From positions 736,001 through 800,000 of the forward strand of contig CP068257.2 in NCBI GenBank assembly GCA_009914755.4: a DNA stretch of 64,000 nucleotides. The letters are read 5' to 3'. The stretch is from the human T2T-CHM13v2.0 reference genome, Homo sapiens. Below the pieces are notes generated by a model. It did no database searches. It was not told the DNA's origin and worked only from the letters and a program-made list of their open reading frames with translations. Of this stretch, positions 41,304 through 54,981 are shown one piece after another. Made by a program: the position numbers and the translations under genes. Position 1 is the stretch's first letter, and each line of letters opens with the position of its first letter.

Positions 41304-43208
41304 TCTGCCTAAAGTAACTTTGTGACATAACCCTGTACTGATCATCCAGGTGATGCGGCTTTTGTCTAGGCTCTGCCTAAGGGGGCATTGTGACATATTT
41401 CTGCATTGATCACCCAGGTGGCGAACTCTTCTCTTGGATCTGCCTATGGGGGCATTGTGACAAATCTCTGCACTGATCACCCAGGTGATGTAACTGTTGT
41501 GTAACCTCTGCCTACAGGGGAATTGTGTGAGATCTCGCCACTGATCACCCAAGTGATGTAACCATTGTCTAGGCTTTGCGTACAGGGGGCTTTGTGACAT
41601 ACCTTTGCACTGATCACCCAGGTGATGTAACACATCTAAGTTCGGCCTAAAGGAGCTTTGTGACATATCTCTGCACTGATCACTTAGGTGATGGAACACT
41701 TTTATAAGCACTGCCTACAGGGAATTTTGACAAATCTCTGCACTGATCACCTAGGTGATGTAACGCTTGTCTACCCTCTGTCCAACGGGGCATTGTGAAA
41801 TATCTCTGCACTGATCACCCAGGTGATTCAACTATTGACTAGGATCTGCCTACAGAGGTTATTGCGAAATATCTCTGCACTGATAAACTAGGTGGTGTAA
41901 TCCTTATCGAAGCTCTGCCTGCAGGGGCGTTTTCACATATCCCTGAATTGATGACAAAGGTGATGTAACCCTTGCCTAGGCTTTGCCTACAGGGGACATA
42001 GGACATATATCTGCACTGATCACCCAGGTGATGCAACTCTAGCCTAGGCTTTGCCTACAGGGGACATTGTGACATATCTCTGCACTGATCTCCCAGGTGC
42101 TGTAACATTAGTCTAGACTCTGGCTACACGGCATTGTGACATATCACTGCACTGATCAACCAGGTGATATAACTCTTGTCTAGGCCCTGACTACAGGGGG
42201 CTTGTGACATATCTCTGCACTGATCACCCAGGTGATATAACTCTTCTCTAGGGTCTGCCTACAGGGTGCTTTGCGACATATCCCTGCAATGATCACCCAG
42301 GTGATCTAACTCTTGTTTAAGCTCTGCCTAAAGGGGCATTGTGACAGACCTCTGCACTGATCACTCAGGTGATGTAACTATTGTCTAGGCTCTGCTTAAA
42401 GGGGCCTTGTCACATACCTCTGCACTGATCACCCAGGTGATGTAACTCTTGTCTAGACTCTGCTTTCACGGCATATTGTGACATATCTATGCGCTGATCA
42501 CCTTAGTGATGTAACACTTGTGTAGGCTCGGCCTACAGGGGAATATTGACATATCTCTGCACTGTTAACCGAGGTGATTTAACTCTTGTCTAGGCTGTGC
42601 CCACAGGGGGTTTGAGACATGTCTCTGCACTGATCCCGAGGTGATCCAACTGTTGCCTGGTCTCTGCCTACTGGGGACATTGTGACATATCTCTGCACTG
42701 ATCTCCCAGGTGCTGTAATTTTAGTCTAGGCTCTGGCTACACGGCATTGTGACATATCACTGCACTGATCACCCAGGTGATATAAATCTTGTCTAGGCTC
42801 TGCCTACAATGACCTTGTGACATATCTCTGCAATGATCACCCAGGTGATATAACTCTTCTCTAGGATCTGACCACAGGGTGCTTTGTGGCATTTCCCTGC
42901 AATGATCACCGAGGTGATATACCACTTGTCAGGGCTCTGCCTACAGGGGCATTGCAACGTATCTCTGCACTGATCACCTCGGTCTTGTAACTCTTTTCTA
43001 GGATCTGCCCACAGGGTGCCTTGTGACGTATCCCAGCAAGGATTACCCAGGTGATGTACCTCTCATCAAGGCTCTGCCTACAGGCACATTGCGATGTATC
43101 TCTGCACTGATCACCTAGGTCATGCAACTTTTGTCTAGGCTCTGCCTACGATGGCATTGTGACATATCTCTGCACTAATCATCCAAGTGATGTAACCCTT
43201 GTCTAGGA
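41304..43208. repeat. HOR copy U22, 28-mer, deletion type B (1905 bp).
   Basis: Landmarks are at 41304 and 43209. Confidence 0.8.
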
Positions 43209-45182
43209 TCTGCCTAAATTAACTTTGTGACATAACCCTGTACTGATCATCCAGGTGATGGGGCTTTTGTCTAGGCTCTGCCTAAGGGGGCATTGTGACT
43301 TATTTCTGCATTGATCACCCAGGTGGCGAACTCTTCTCTTGGATCTGCCTATGGGGGCATTGTGACAAATCTCTGCACTGATCACCCAGGTGATGTAACT
43401 GTTGTGTAACCTCTGCCTACAGGGGAATTGTGAGAGATCTCGCCACTGATCACCCAAGTGATGTAACCATTGTCTAGGCTTTGCGTACAGGGGGCTTTGT
43501 GACATACCTTTGCACTGATCACCCAGGTGATGTAACACATCTAAGTTCGGCCTAAAGGAGCTTTGTGACATATCTCTGCACTGATCACCTAGGTGATGGA
43601 ACACTTTTATAAGCACTGCCTACAGGGAATTTTGACAAATCTCTGCACTGATCACCTAGGTGATGTAACTCTTGTCTACCCTCTGTCCAACGGGGCATTG
43701 TGAAATATCTCTGCACTGATCACCCAGGTGATTCAACTCTTGACTAGGATCTGCCTACAGAGGTTATTGTGAAATATCTCTGCACTGATAAACTAGGTGG
43801 TGTAATCCTTATCGAAGCTCTGCCTACAGGGGCGTTTTCACATATCCCTGAAGTGATGACAAAGGTGATGTAACTCTTGCCTAGGCTTTGCCTACAGGGG
43901 ACATAGGACATATATCTGCGCTGATCACCCAGGTGATGCAACTCTAGCCTAGGCTTTGCCTACAGGGGACATTGTGACATATCGCTTCAATGATCACCCA
44001 TGTGATGCAACTCTTGCCTTGGCTTTGACTACAGGGGACATTGTGACATATCTCTGCACTGATCTCCCAGGTGCTGTAACATTAGTCTAGACTCTGGCTA
44101 CACGGCATTGTGACATATCACTGCACTAATCAACCAGGTGATATAACTCTTGTCTAGGCCCTGCCTACAGGGGGCTTGTGACATATCTCTGCACTGATCA
44201 CCCAGGTGATATAACTCTTCTCTAGGGTCTGCCTACAGGGTGCTTTGCGACATATCCCTGCAATGATCACCCAGGTGATCTAACTCTTGTTTAAGCTCTG
44301 CCTAAAGGGGCATTGTGACAGATCTCTGCACTGATCACTCAGGTGATGTAACTATTGTCTAGGCTCTGCTTAAAGGGGCCTTGTCACATACCTCTGCACT
44401 GATCACCCAGGTGATGTAACTCTTGTCTAGCCTCTGCTTTCACGGCATATTGTGACATATCTATGCGCTGATCACCTTAGTGATGTAACACTTGTGTAGG
44501 CTCGGCCTACAGGGGAATATTGACATATCTCTGCACTGTTAACCGAGGTGATTTAACTCTTGTCTAGGCTGTGCCCACAGGGGGATTGAGACATGTCTCT
44601 GCCATGATCCCGAGGTGATCCAACTGTTGCCTGGTCTCTGCCTACTGGGGACATTGTGACATATCTCTGCACTGATCTCCCAGGTGCTGTAATTTTAGTC
44701 TAGGCTCTGGCTACACGGCATTGTGACATATCACTGCACTGATCACCCAGGTTATATAAATCTTGTCTAGGCTCTGCCTACAATGGCCTTGTGACATATC
44801 TCTGCACTGATCACCCAGGTGATATAACTCTTCTCTAGGATCTGACCACAGGGTGCTTTGTGGCATTTCCCTGCAATGATCACCCAGGTGATATACCACT
44901 TGCCAAGGCTCTGCCTACAGGGGCATTGCAATGTATCTCTGCACTGATCACCTCGGTCTTGTAACTCTTTTCTAGGATCTGCCCACAGGGTGCCTTGTGA
45001 CGTATCCCAGCAAGGATTACCCAGGTGATGTACCTCTCATCAAGGCTCTGCCTACAGGCACATTGCGATGTATCTCTGCACTGATCACCTAGGTCATGTA
45101 ACTTTTGTCTGGGCTCTGCCTACGATGGCATTGTGACATATCTCTGCACTAATCATCCAAGTGATGTAACCCTTGTCTAGGA
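43209..45182. repeat. HOR copy U23, 29-mer (1974 bp), subtype R without the 2-monomer insertion.
   Basis: Landmarks are at 43209 and 45183. It resembles U6 more than U12 or U17. Confidence 0.8.
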
Positions 45183-47156
45183 TCTGCCTAAATTAACTTT
45201 GTGACATAACCCTGTACTGATCATCCAGGTGATGGGGCTTTTGTCTAGGCTCTGCCTAAGGGGGCATTGTGACATATTTCTGCATTGATCACGCAGGTGG
45301 CGAACTCTTCTCTTGGATCTGCCTATGGGGGCATTGTGACAAATCTCTGCACTGATCACCCAGGTGATGTAACGGTTGTGTAACCTCTGCCTACAGGGGA
45401 ATTGTGAGAGATCTCGCCACTGATCACGCAAGTGATGTAACCATTGTCTAGGCTTTGCGTACAGGGGGCTTTGTGACATACCTTTGCACTGATCACCCAG
45501 GTGATGTAACACATCTAAGTTCGGCCTAAAGGAGCTTTGTGACATGTCTCTGCACTGATCACTTAGGTGATGGAACACTTTTATAAGCACTGCCTACAGG
45601 GAATTTTGACAAATCTCTGCACTGATCACCTAGGTGATGTAACGCTGGTCTACCCTCTGTCCAACGGGGCATTGTGAAATATCTCTGCACTGATCACCCA
45701 GGTGATTCAACTCTTGACTAGGATCTGCCTACAGAGGTTATTGTGAAATATCTCTGCACTGATAAACTAGGTGGTGTAATACTTATCGAAGCTCTGCCTA
45801 CAGGTGCGTTTTCACATATCCCTGAAGTGATGACAAAGGTGATGTAACCCTTGCCTAGGCTTTGCCTACAGGGGACATAGGACATATATCTGCACTGATC
45901 ACCCAGGTGATGCAACTCTAGCCTAGGCTTTGCCTACAGGGGACATTGTGATATATCGCTTCAATGATCACCCATGTGATGCAACACTTGCCTAGGCTTT
46001 GCCTACAGGGGACATTGTGACATATCTCTGCACTGATCTCCCAGGTGCTGCAACATTAATCTAGAGTCTGGCTACACGGCATTGTGACATATCACTGCAC
46101 TGATCAACCAGGTGATATAACTCTTGTCTAGGTCCTGCCTACAGAGGGCTTGTGACATATCTCTGCACTGATCACCCAGGTGATATAACTCTTCTCTAGG
46201 ATCTGCCTACAGGGTGCTTTGCGACATATCCCTGCAATGATAACCCAGGTGATCTAACTCTTGTTTAAGCTCTGCCTAAAGGGGCATTGTGACAGACCTG
46301 TGCACTGATCACTAAGGTGATGTAACTATTGTCTAGGCTCTGCTTAAAGGGGCCTTGTCACATACCTCTGCACTGATAACCCAGGTGATGTAACTCTTGT
46401 CTAGCCTCTGCTTTCACGGCATATTGTGACATATCCATTCGCAGATCACCTTAGTGATGTAACAGTTGTGTAGGCTCGGCCTACAGGGGAATATTGACAT
46501 ATCTCTGCACTGTTAACCGAGGTGATTTAACTCTTGTCTAGGCTGTGCCCACAGGGGGATTGAGACATGTCTCTGCACTGATCCCGAGGTGATCCAACTG
46601 TTGCCTGGTCTCTGCCTACTGGGGACATTGTGACATATCTCTGCACTGATCTCCCAGGTGCTGTAACTTTAGTCTAGGCTCTGGCTACACGGCATTGTGA
46701 CATATCACTGCACTGATCACCCAGGTGATATAAATCTTGTCTAGGCTCTGCCTACAATGGCCTTGTGACATATCTCTGCACTGATCACCCAGGTGATATA
46801 ACTCTTCTCTAGGATCTGACCACAGGGTGCTTTGTGGCATTTCCCTGCAATGATCACCCAGGTGATATACCACTTGCCAAGGCTCTGCCTACAGGGGCAT
46901 TGCAATGTATCTCTGCACTGATCACCTCGGTCTTGTAACTCTTTTCTAGGACCTGCCCACCGGGTGCCTTTTGACGTATCCCAGCAAGGATTACCCAGGT
47001 GATGTACCTCTCATCAAGGCTCTGCCTACAGGCACATTGCGATGTATCTCTGCACTGATCACCTAGGTCATGTAACTTTTGTCTAGGCTCTGCCTACGAT
47101 GGCATTGTGACATATCTCTGCACTAATCATCCAAGTGATGTAACCGTTGTCTAGGA
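45183..47156. repeat. HOR copy U24, 29-mer (1974 bp), a Y-like subtype.
   Basis: Landmarks are at 45183 and 47157. Confidence 0.8.
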
Positions 47157-49130
47157 TCTGCCTAAATTAACTTTGTGACATAACCCTGTACTGATCATCC
47201 AGGTGATGGGGCTTTTGTCTAGGCTCTGCCTAAGGGGGCATTGTGACATATTTCTGCATTGATCACCCAGGTGGCGAACTCTTCTCTTGGATCTGCCTAT
47301 GGGGGCATTGTGACAAATCTCTGCACTGATCACCCAGGTGATGTAACTGTTGTGTAACCTCTGCCTACAGGGGAATTGTGAGAGATCTCGCCACTGATCA
47401 CCCAAGTGATGTAACCATTGTCTAGGCTTTGCGTACAGGGGGCTTTGTGACATACCTTTGCACTGATCACCCTGGTGATGTAACACATCTAAGTTCGGCC
47501 TAAAGGAGCTTTGTGACATATCTCTGCACTGATCACTTAGGTGATGGAACACTTTTATAAGCACTGCCTACAGGGAATTTTGACAAATCTCTGCACTGAT
47601 CACCTAGGTGATGTAATGCTTGTCTACCCTCTGTCCAACGGGGCATTGTGAAATGTCTCTGCACTGATCACCCAGGTGATTCAACTCTTGACTAGGATCT
47701 GCCTACAGAGGTTATTGTGAAATATCTCTGCACTGATAAACTAGGTGGTGTAATCCTTATCGAAGCTCTGCCTACAGGTGCGTTTTCACATATCCCTGAA
47801 GTGATGACAAAGGTGATGTAACCCTTGCCTAGGCTTTGCCTACAGGGTACATAGGACATATATCTGCACTGATCACCCAGGTGATGCAACTGTAGCCTAG
47901 GCTTTGCCTACAGGGGACATTGTGACATATCGCTTCAATGATCACCCGTGTGATGCAACTCTTGCCTAGGCTTTGCCTACAGGGGACATTGTGACATATC
48001 TCTGCACTGATCTCCCAGGTGCTGTAACATTAGTCTAGACTCTGGCTACACGGCATTGTGATATATCACTGCACTGATCAACCAGGTGATATAACTCTTG
48101 TCTAGGCCCTGCCTACAGGGGGCTTGTGACATATCTCTGCACTGATCACCCAGGTGATGTAACTCTTCTCTAGGATCTGCCTACAGGGTGCTTTGCGACA
48201 TATCCCTGCAATGATCACCCAGGTGATCTAACTCTTGTTTAAGCTCTGCCTAAAGGGGCATTGTGACAGAACTCTGCACTGATCACTCAGGTGATGTAAC
48301 TATTGTCTAGGCTCTGCTTAAAGGGGCCTTGTCACATACCTCTGCACTGATCACCCAGGTGATGTAACCCTTGTCTAGACTCTGCTTTCACGGCATATTG
48401 TGACATATCTATGCGCTGATCACCTTAGTGATGTAACACTTGTGTAGGCTCGGCCTACAGGGGAATATTGACATATCTCTGCACTGTTAACCGAGGTGAT
48501 TTAACTCTTGTCTAGGCTGTGCCCACAGGGGGATTGAGACATGTCTCTGCACTGATCCCGAGGTGATCCAACTGTTGCCTGGTCTCTGCCTACTGGGGAC
48601 ATTGTGACATATCTCTGCACTGATCTCCCAGGTGCTGTAAATTTTGTCTAGGCTCTGGCTACACGGCATTGTGACATATCACTGCACTGATCACCCAGGT
48701 GATATAAATCTTGTCTAGGCTCTGCCTACAATGGCCTTGTGACATATCTCTGCACTGATCACCCAGGTGATATAACTCTTCTCTAGGATCTGACCACAGG
48801 GTGCTTTGTGGCATTTCCCTGCAATGATCACCCAGGTGATATACCACTTGCCAAGGCTCTGCCTACAGGGGCATTGCAATGTATCTCTGCACTGATCACC
48901 TCGGTCTTGTAACTCTTTTCTAGGATCTGCCCACAGGGTGCCTTGTGACGTATCCCAGCAAGGATTACCCAGGTGATGTACCTCTCATCAAGGCTCTGCC
49001 TACAGGCACATTGCGATGTATCTCTGCACTGATCACCTAGGTCATGTAACTTTTGTCTGGGCTCTGCCTACGATGGCATTGTGACATATCTCTGCACTAA
49101 TCATCCAAGTGATGTAACCCTTGTCTAGGA
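47157..49130. repeat. HOR copy U25, 29-mer (1974 bp), an S-like subtype.
   Basis: Landmarks are at 47157 and 49131. Confidence 0.8.
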
Positions 49131-51035
49131 TCTGCCTAAAGTACCTTTGTGACATAACCCTGTACTGATCATCCAGGTGATGGGGCTTTTGTCTAGGCTC
49201 TGCCTAAGGGGGCATTGTGACATATTTCTGCATTGATCACCCAGGTGGCGAACTCTTCTCTTGGATCTGCCTATGGGGGCATTGTGACAAATCTCTGCAC
49301 TGATCACCCAGGTGATGTAACTGTTGTGTAACCTCTGCCTACAGGGGAATTGTGAGAGATCTCGCCACTGATCACCCAAGTGATGTAACCATTGTCTAGG
49401 CTTTGCGTACAGGGGGCTTTGTGACATACCTTTGCACTGATCACCCAGGTGATGTAACACATCTAAGTTCGGCCTAAAGGAGCTTTGTGACATATCTCTG
49501 CACTGATCACTTAGGTGATGGAACACTTTTATAAGCACTGCCTACAGGGAATTTTGACAAATCTCTGCACTGATCACCTAGGTGATGTAACGCTTGTCTA
49601 CCCTCTGTCCAACGGGGCATTGTGAAATATCTCTGCACTGATCACCCAGGTGATTCAACTATTGACTAGGATCTGCCTACAGAGGTTATTGTGAAATATC
49701 TCTGCACTGATAAAATAGGTGGTGTAATCCTTATCGAAGCTCTGCCTGCAGGGGCGTTTTCACATATCCCTGAAGTGATGACAAAGGTGATGTAACCCTT
49801 GCCTAGGCTTTGCCTACAGGGGACATAGGTCATATATCTGCACTGATCACCCAGGTGATGCAACTCTAGCCTAGGCTTTGCCTACAGGGGACATTGTGAC
49901 ATATCTCTGCACTGATCTCCCAGGTGCTGTAACATTAGTCTAGACTCTGGCTACACGGCATTGTGACATATCACTGCACTGATCAACCAGGTGATATAAC
50001 TCTTGTCTAGGCCCTGCCTACAGGGGGCTTGTGACATATCTCTGCACTGATCACCCAGGTGATATAACTCTTCTCTAGGGTCTGCCTACAGGGTGCTTTG
50101 CGACATATCCCTGCAATGATCACCCAGGTGATCTAACTCTTGTTTAAGCTCTGCCTAAAGGGGCATTGTGACAGACCTCTGCACTGATCACTCAGGTGAT
50201 GTAACTATTGTCTAGGCTCTGCTTAAAGGGGCCTTGTCACATACCTCTGCACTGATCACCCAGGTGATGTAACTCTTGTCTAGACTCTGCTTTCACGGCA
50301 TATTGTGACATATCTATGCGCTGATCACCTTAGTGATGTAACACTTGTGTAGGCTCGGCCTACAGGGGAATATTGACATATCTCTGCACTGTTAACCGAG
50401 GTGATTTAACTCTTGTCTAGGCTGTGCCCACAGGGGGATTGAGACATGTCTCTGCACTGATCCCGAGGTGATCCAACTGTTGCCTGGTCTCTGCCTACTG
50501 GGGACATTGTGACATATCTCTGCACTGATCTCCCAGGTGCTGTAACTTTAGTCTAGGCTCTGGCTACACGGCATTGTGACATATCACTGCACTGATCACC
50601 CAGGTGATATAAATCTTGTCTAGGCTCTGCCTACAATGACCTTGTGACATATCTCTGCACTGATCACCCAGGTGATATAACTCTTCTCTAGGATCTGACC
50701 ACAGGGTGCTTTGTGGCGTTTCCCTGCAATGATCACCGAGGTGATATACCACTTGTCAAGGCTCTGCCTACAGGGGCATTGCAACGTATCTCTGCACTGA
50801 TCACCTCGGTCTTGTAACTCTTTTCTAGGATCTGCCCACAGGGTGCCTTGTGACGTATCCCAGCAAGGATTACCCAGGTGATGTATCTCTCATCAAGGCT
50901 CTGCCTACAGGCACATTGCGATGTATCTCTGCACTGATCACCTAGGTCATGTAACTTTTGTCTAGGCTCTGCCTACGATGGCATTGTGACATATCTCTGC
51001 ACTAATCATCCAAGTGATGTAACCCTTGTCTAGGA
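49131..51035. repeat. HOR copy U26, 28-mer, deletion type B (1905 bp).
   Basis: Landmarks are at 49131 and 51036. The cgcttcaatg monomer is missing at ~49870-49930. Confidence 0.8.
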
Positions 51036-53008
51036 TCTGCCTAAATTAACTTTGTGACATAACCCTGTACTGATCATCCAGGTGATGGGGCTTTTGTCTA
51101 GGCTCTGCCTAAGGGGGCATTGTGACATATTTCTGCATTGATCACCCAGGTGGCGAACTCTTCTCTTGGATCTGCTATGGGGGCATTGTGACAAATCTCT
51201 GCACTGATCACCCAGGTGATGTAACTGTTGTGTAACCTCTGCCTACAGGGGAATTGTGAGAGATCTCGCCACTGATCACCCAAGTGATGTAACCATTGTC
51301 TAGGCTTTGCGTACAGGGGGCTTTGTGACATACCTTTGCACTGATCACCCAGGTGATGTAACACATCTAAGTTCGGCCTAAAGGAGCTTTGTGACATATC
51401 TCTGCACTGATCACTTAGGTGATGGAACACTTTTATAAGCACTGCCTACAGGGAATTTTGACAAATCTCTGCACTGATCACCTAGGTGATGTAACTCTTG
51501 TCTACCCTCTGTCCAACGGGGCATTGTGAAATATCTCTGCACTGATCACCCAGGTGATTCAACTCTTGACTAGGATCTGCCTACAGAGGTTATTGTGAAA
51601 TATCTCTGCACTGATAAACTAGGTGGTGTAATCCTTATCGAAGCTCTGCCTACAGGGGCGTTTTCACATATCCCTGAAGTGATGACAAAGGTGATGTAAC
51701 TCTTGCCTAGGCTTTGCCTACAGGGGACATAGGACATATATCTGCACTGATCACCCAGGTGATGCAACTCTAGCCTAGGCTTTGCCTACAGGGGACATTG
51801 TGACATATCGCTTCAATGATCACCCATGTGATGCAACTCTTGCCTTGGCTTTGACTACAGGGGACATTGTGACATATCTCTGCACTGATCTCCCAGGTGC
51901 TGTAACTTTAGTCTAGGCTCTGGCTACACGGCACTGTGACATATCACTGCACTGATCAACCAGGTGATATAACTCTTGTCTAGGCCCTGCCTACAGGGGG
52001 CTTGTGACATATCTCTGCACTGATCACCCAGGTGATATAACTCTTCTCTAGGATCTGCCTACAGGGTGCTTTGCGACATATCCCTGCACTGATCACCCAG
52101 GTGATCTAACTCTTGTTTAAGCTCTGCCTAAAGGGGCATTGTGACAGACGTGTGCACTGATCACTAAGGTGATGTAACTATTGTCTAGGCTCTGCTTAAA
52201 GGGGCCTTGTCACATACCTCTGCACTGATAACCCAGGTGATGTAACTCTTGTCTAGGCTCTGCTTCCAGGGCATATTGTGACATAACTATGCACTGATCA
52301 CCTTAGTGATGTAACACTTGTGTAGGCTCTGCCTACAGAGGAATCTTGACATATCTCTGCACTGTTAAACGAGGTGATTTAACTCTTGTCTAGGCTGTGC
52401 CCACAGGGGGATTGAGACATATCTCTGCACTGATCCCGAGGTGATCCAACTCTTGCCTGGTCTCTGCCTACTGGGGACATTGTGACATATCTCTGCTCTG
52501 ATCTCCCAGGTGCTGTAAATTTTGTCTAGGCTCTGGCTACACGGCATTGTGACTTATCACTGCACTGATCACCCAGGCGATACAACTCTTGTCTAAGCTC
52601 TGCCTACAATGGTCTTGTGACATATCTCTGCACTGATCACCCAGGTGATATAACTCTTCTCTAGGATCTGACCACGGGGTGCTTTGTGACATATCCCTGC
52701 AATGATCACCCAGGTGATATACCACTTGCCAAGGCTCTGCTTACAGGGGCATTGCAATGTATCTCTGCACTGATCACCTAGGTCTTGTAGCTATCTTCTA
52801 GGATCTGCCTACAGGGTGCTTTGTGACGGGTCCCAGCAAGGATTACCCAGGTGATGTACCTCTCATCAAGGCTCTGCCTACAGGCACATTGCGATATATC
52901 TCTGCACTGATCACCTAGGTCACGTAACTTTTGTCTAGGCTCTACCTACGATGGTATTGTGACATATCTCTGCACTAATCATCCAAGTGATGTAACACTT
53001 GTCTAGGA
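51036..53008. repeat. HOR copy U27, 29-mer (1973 bp). It is a core/D hybrid and contains the mosaic junction. It carries a 1-bp deletion near 51176.
   Basis: Landmarks are at 51036 and 53009. tctgctatgg at 51171-51180 should read tctgcctatgg. The first ~860 bp are core-like and the last ~750 bp are D-like. Confidence 0.8.
51890..52260. repeat. Mosaic junction between the core HOR family and the divergent (D) HOR family, located inside HOR copy U27.
   Basis: Up to ~51895 the sequence matches core copies exactly, for example tcgcttcaatgatcacccatgtgatgcaactcttgccttggctttgactacagg. At 51900 it switches to D-type tgtaactttagtctaggctctgg. It returns to core-like at ~51960-52030 (gtctaggccctgcc, ggcttgtgacatatctc). 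After that it alternates between D-like and core-like patches. From ~52250 (ctgcttccagggcatattgtgacataactatgcactg) it is fully D-type. Confidence 0.7.
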
Positions 53009-54981
53009 TGTGCCTAAATTAAATTTTTGACATAACCCTGTACTGATCATCCAGGTGATGGGGCTTTTGTCTAGGCTCTGCCTAAGGGGGCATTGTGACA
53101 TATTTCTGCATTGATCACCCAGGTGGCGAACTCTTCTCTCGGATCTGCCTATGGGGGCATTGTGAGAAATCTCTGCACTGATCACCCAGGTGATGTAACT
53201 GTTGTGTAACCTCTGCCTACAGGGGAATTGTGAGAGATCTCCCCACTGATTACCCAAGTGATGTAACCATTGTCTAGGCTTTGCGTACAGGGGGCTTTGT
53301 GACATACCTTTGCACTGATCAACCAGGTGATGTAACACATCTAAGTTCGGCCTAAAGGAGCTTTGTGACACATCTCTGCACTGATCACTTAGGTGATGTA
53401 ACACTTTTATAATCACTGCCTACAGGGAATTTTGACAAATCTCTGCACTGATCACCTAGGTGATGTAACTCTTGTCTACCCTCTGTCCAACGGGGCATTG
53501 TGAAATATCTCAGCACTGAACACCCAGGTGATTCAACTCTTGACTAGGAACTGCCTACAGAGGTTATTGTGAAATATCTCTGCACTGATAAACTAGGTGG
53601 TGTAACCCTTGTCCAAGCTCTGCCTACAGGGGCGTTTCCACATATCCCTGAACTGATGACAAAGGTGATGTAACTCTTGCCTAGGCTTTGCCTACAGGGG
53701 CATTGGACATATATCTGCACTGATCACCCAGGTGATGCAACTCTTGCCTAGGCTTTGCCTACAGGGGACATTGTGACATATCTCTTCAATGATCACTCAT
53801 GTGACGCAACTCTAGCCTAGGCTTTGCCTACGGGGGACATTGTGACATATCTCTGCACTGATCTCCCAGGTACTGTAACTTTAGTCTAGGCTCTGGCTAC
53901 ACGGCATTGTGACATATCACTGCACTGATCAACCAGGTGATATAACTCTTGTATAGGCTCTGCCTACAGGGGGATTGTGACCTACCTCTGCACTGATCAC
54001 CCAGGTGATACAACTCTTCTCTAGGATCTGCCTACAGGGTGCTTTGTGACATATCCCTGCACTGATCACCCAGGTGATCTAACTCTGGTCTAAACTCTGC
54101 CTAAAGGGGCATTGTGACAGATCTCTGCACTGATCACTCAGGTGATGTAACTATTGTCTAGGCTCTGCTTCAAGGGGGCTTGTCACATATCTCTGCACTG
54201 ATCACCCAGGTGATGTAACTCTTGTCGAGGTTCTGCTTCCAGGGCATATTGTGACATATCTATGCACTGATCACCTTAGTGATGTAACACTTTTGTAGGC
54301 TCGGCCTACAGGGGAATCTTGACATATCTCTGCACTGTTAACCGAGGTGATTTAACTCTTGTCTAGGCTGTGCCCACAGAGGGATTGAGACATATCTCTG
54401 CACTGATCCCGAGGTGATACAACTCTTGCCTGGTCTCTGCCTACTGTGGACATTGTGACATATCTCTGCACTGATCTCCCTGGTGCTGTAACTTTAGTCT
54501 AGGCTCTGGGTACACGGCATTGTGACATATCACTGCACTGATCACCCAGGCGATACAACTCTTGTCTAGGCTCTGCCTACAATGGTCTTGTGACATATCT
54601 CTGCACTGATCACCCAGGTGATATAACTCTTCTCTAGGATCTGACCACACGGTGCTTTGTGACATATTCCTGCAATGATCACCCAGGAGATATACCACTT
54701 GCCAAGGCTCTGCCTACAGGGGCATTGTAATGTATCTCTGCACTGATCACCAAGGTCTTGTAGCTATTTTCTAGGATCTGCCTACAGGGTGCTTTGTGAC
54801 GTGTCCCAGCAAGGATTACCCAGGTGATATACCTCTCATCAAGGCTCTGCCTACAGGCACATTGCGATATATCTCTGCACTGATCACCTAGGTCATGTAA
54901 CTTTTGACTAGGCTCTACCTACGATGGCATTGTGACATATCTCTGCACTAATCATCCAAGTGATGTAACACTTGTCTAGGA
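53009..54981. repeat. HOR copy U28, D-family 29-mer (1973 bp).
   Basis: Landmarks (tgtgcctaaattaa) are at 53009 and 54982. Confidence 0.8.

Larger units (their letters stand above)
1..51890. repeat. Core homogeneous HOR domain: 27 copies of a 29-monomer (~1974-bp) higher-order repeat, including its 28-mer and 31-mer variants.
   Basis: The landmark tctgcctaaattaac recurs at 1, 1906, 3880, 5854, 7758, 9663 and onward. Spot alignments of HOR copies show about 1-2 mismatches per 120 bp. Same-subtype copies are almost identical. Confidence 0.9.
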
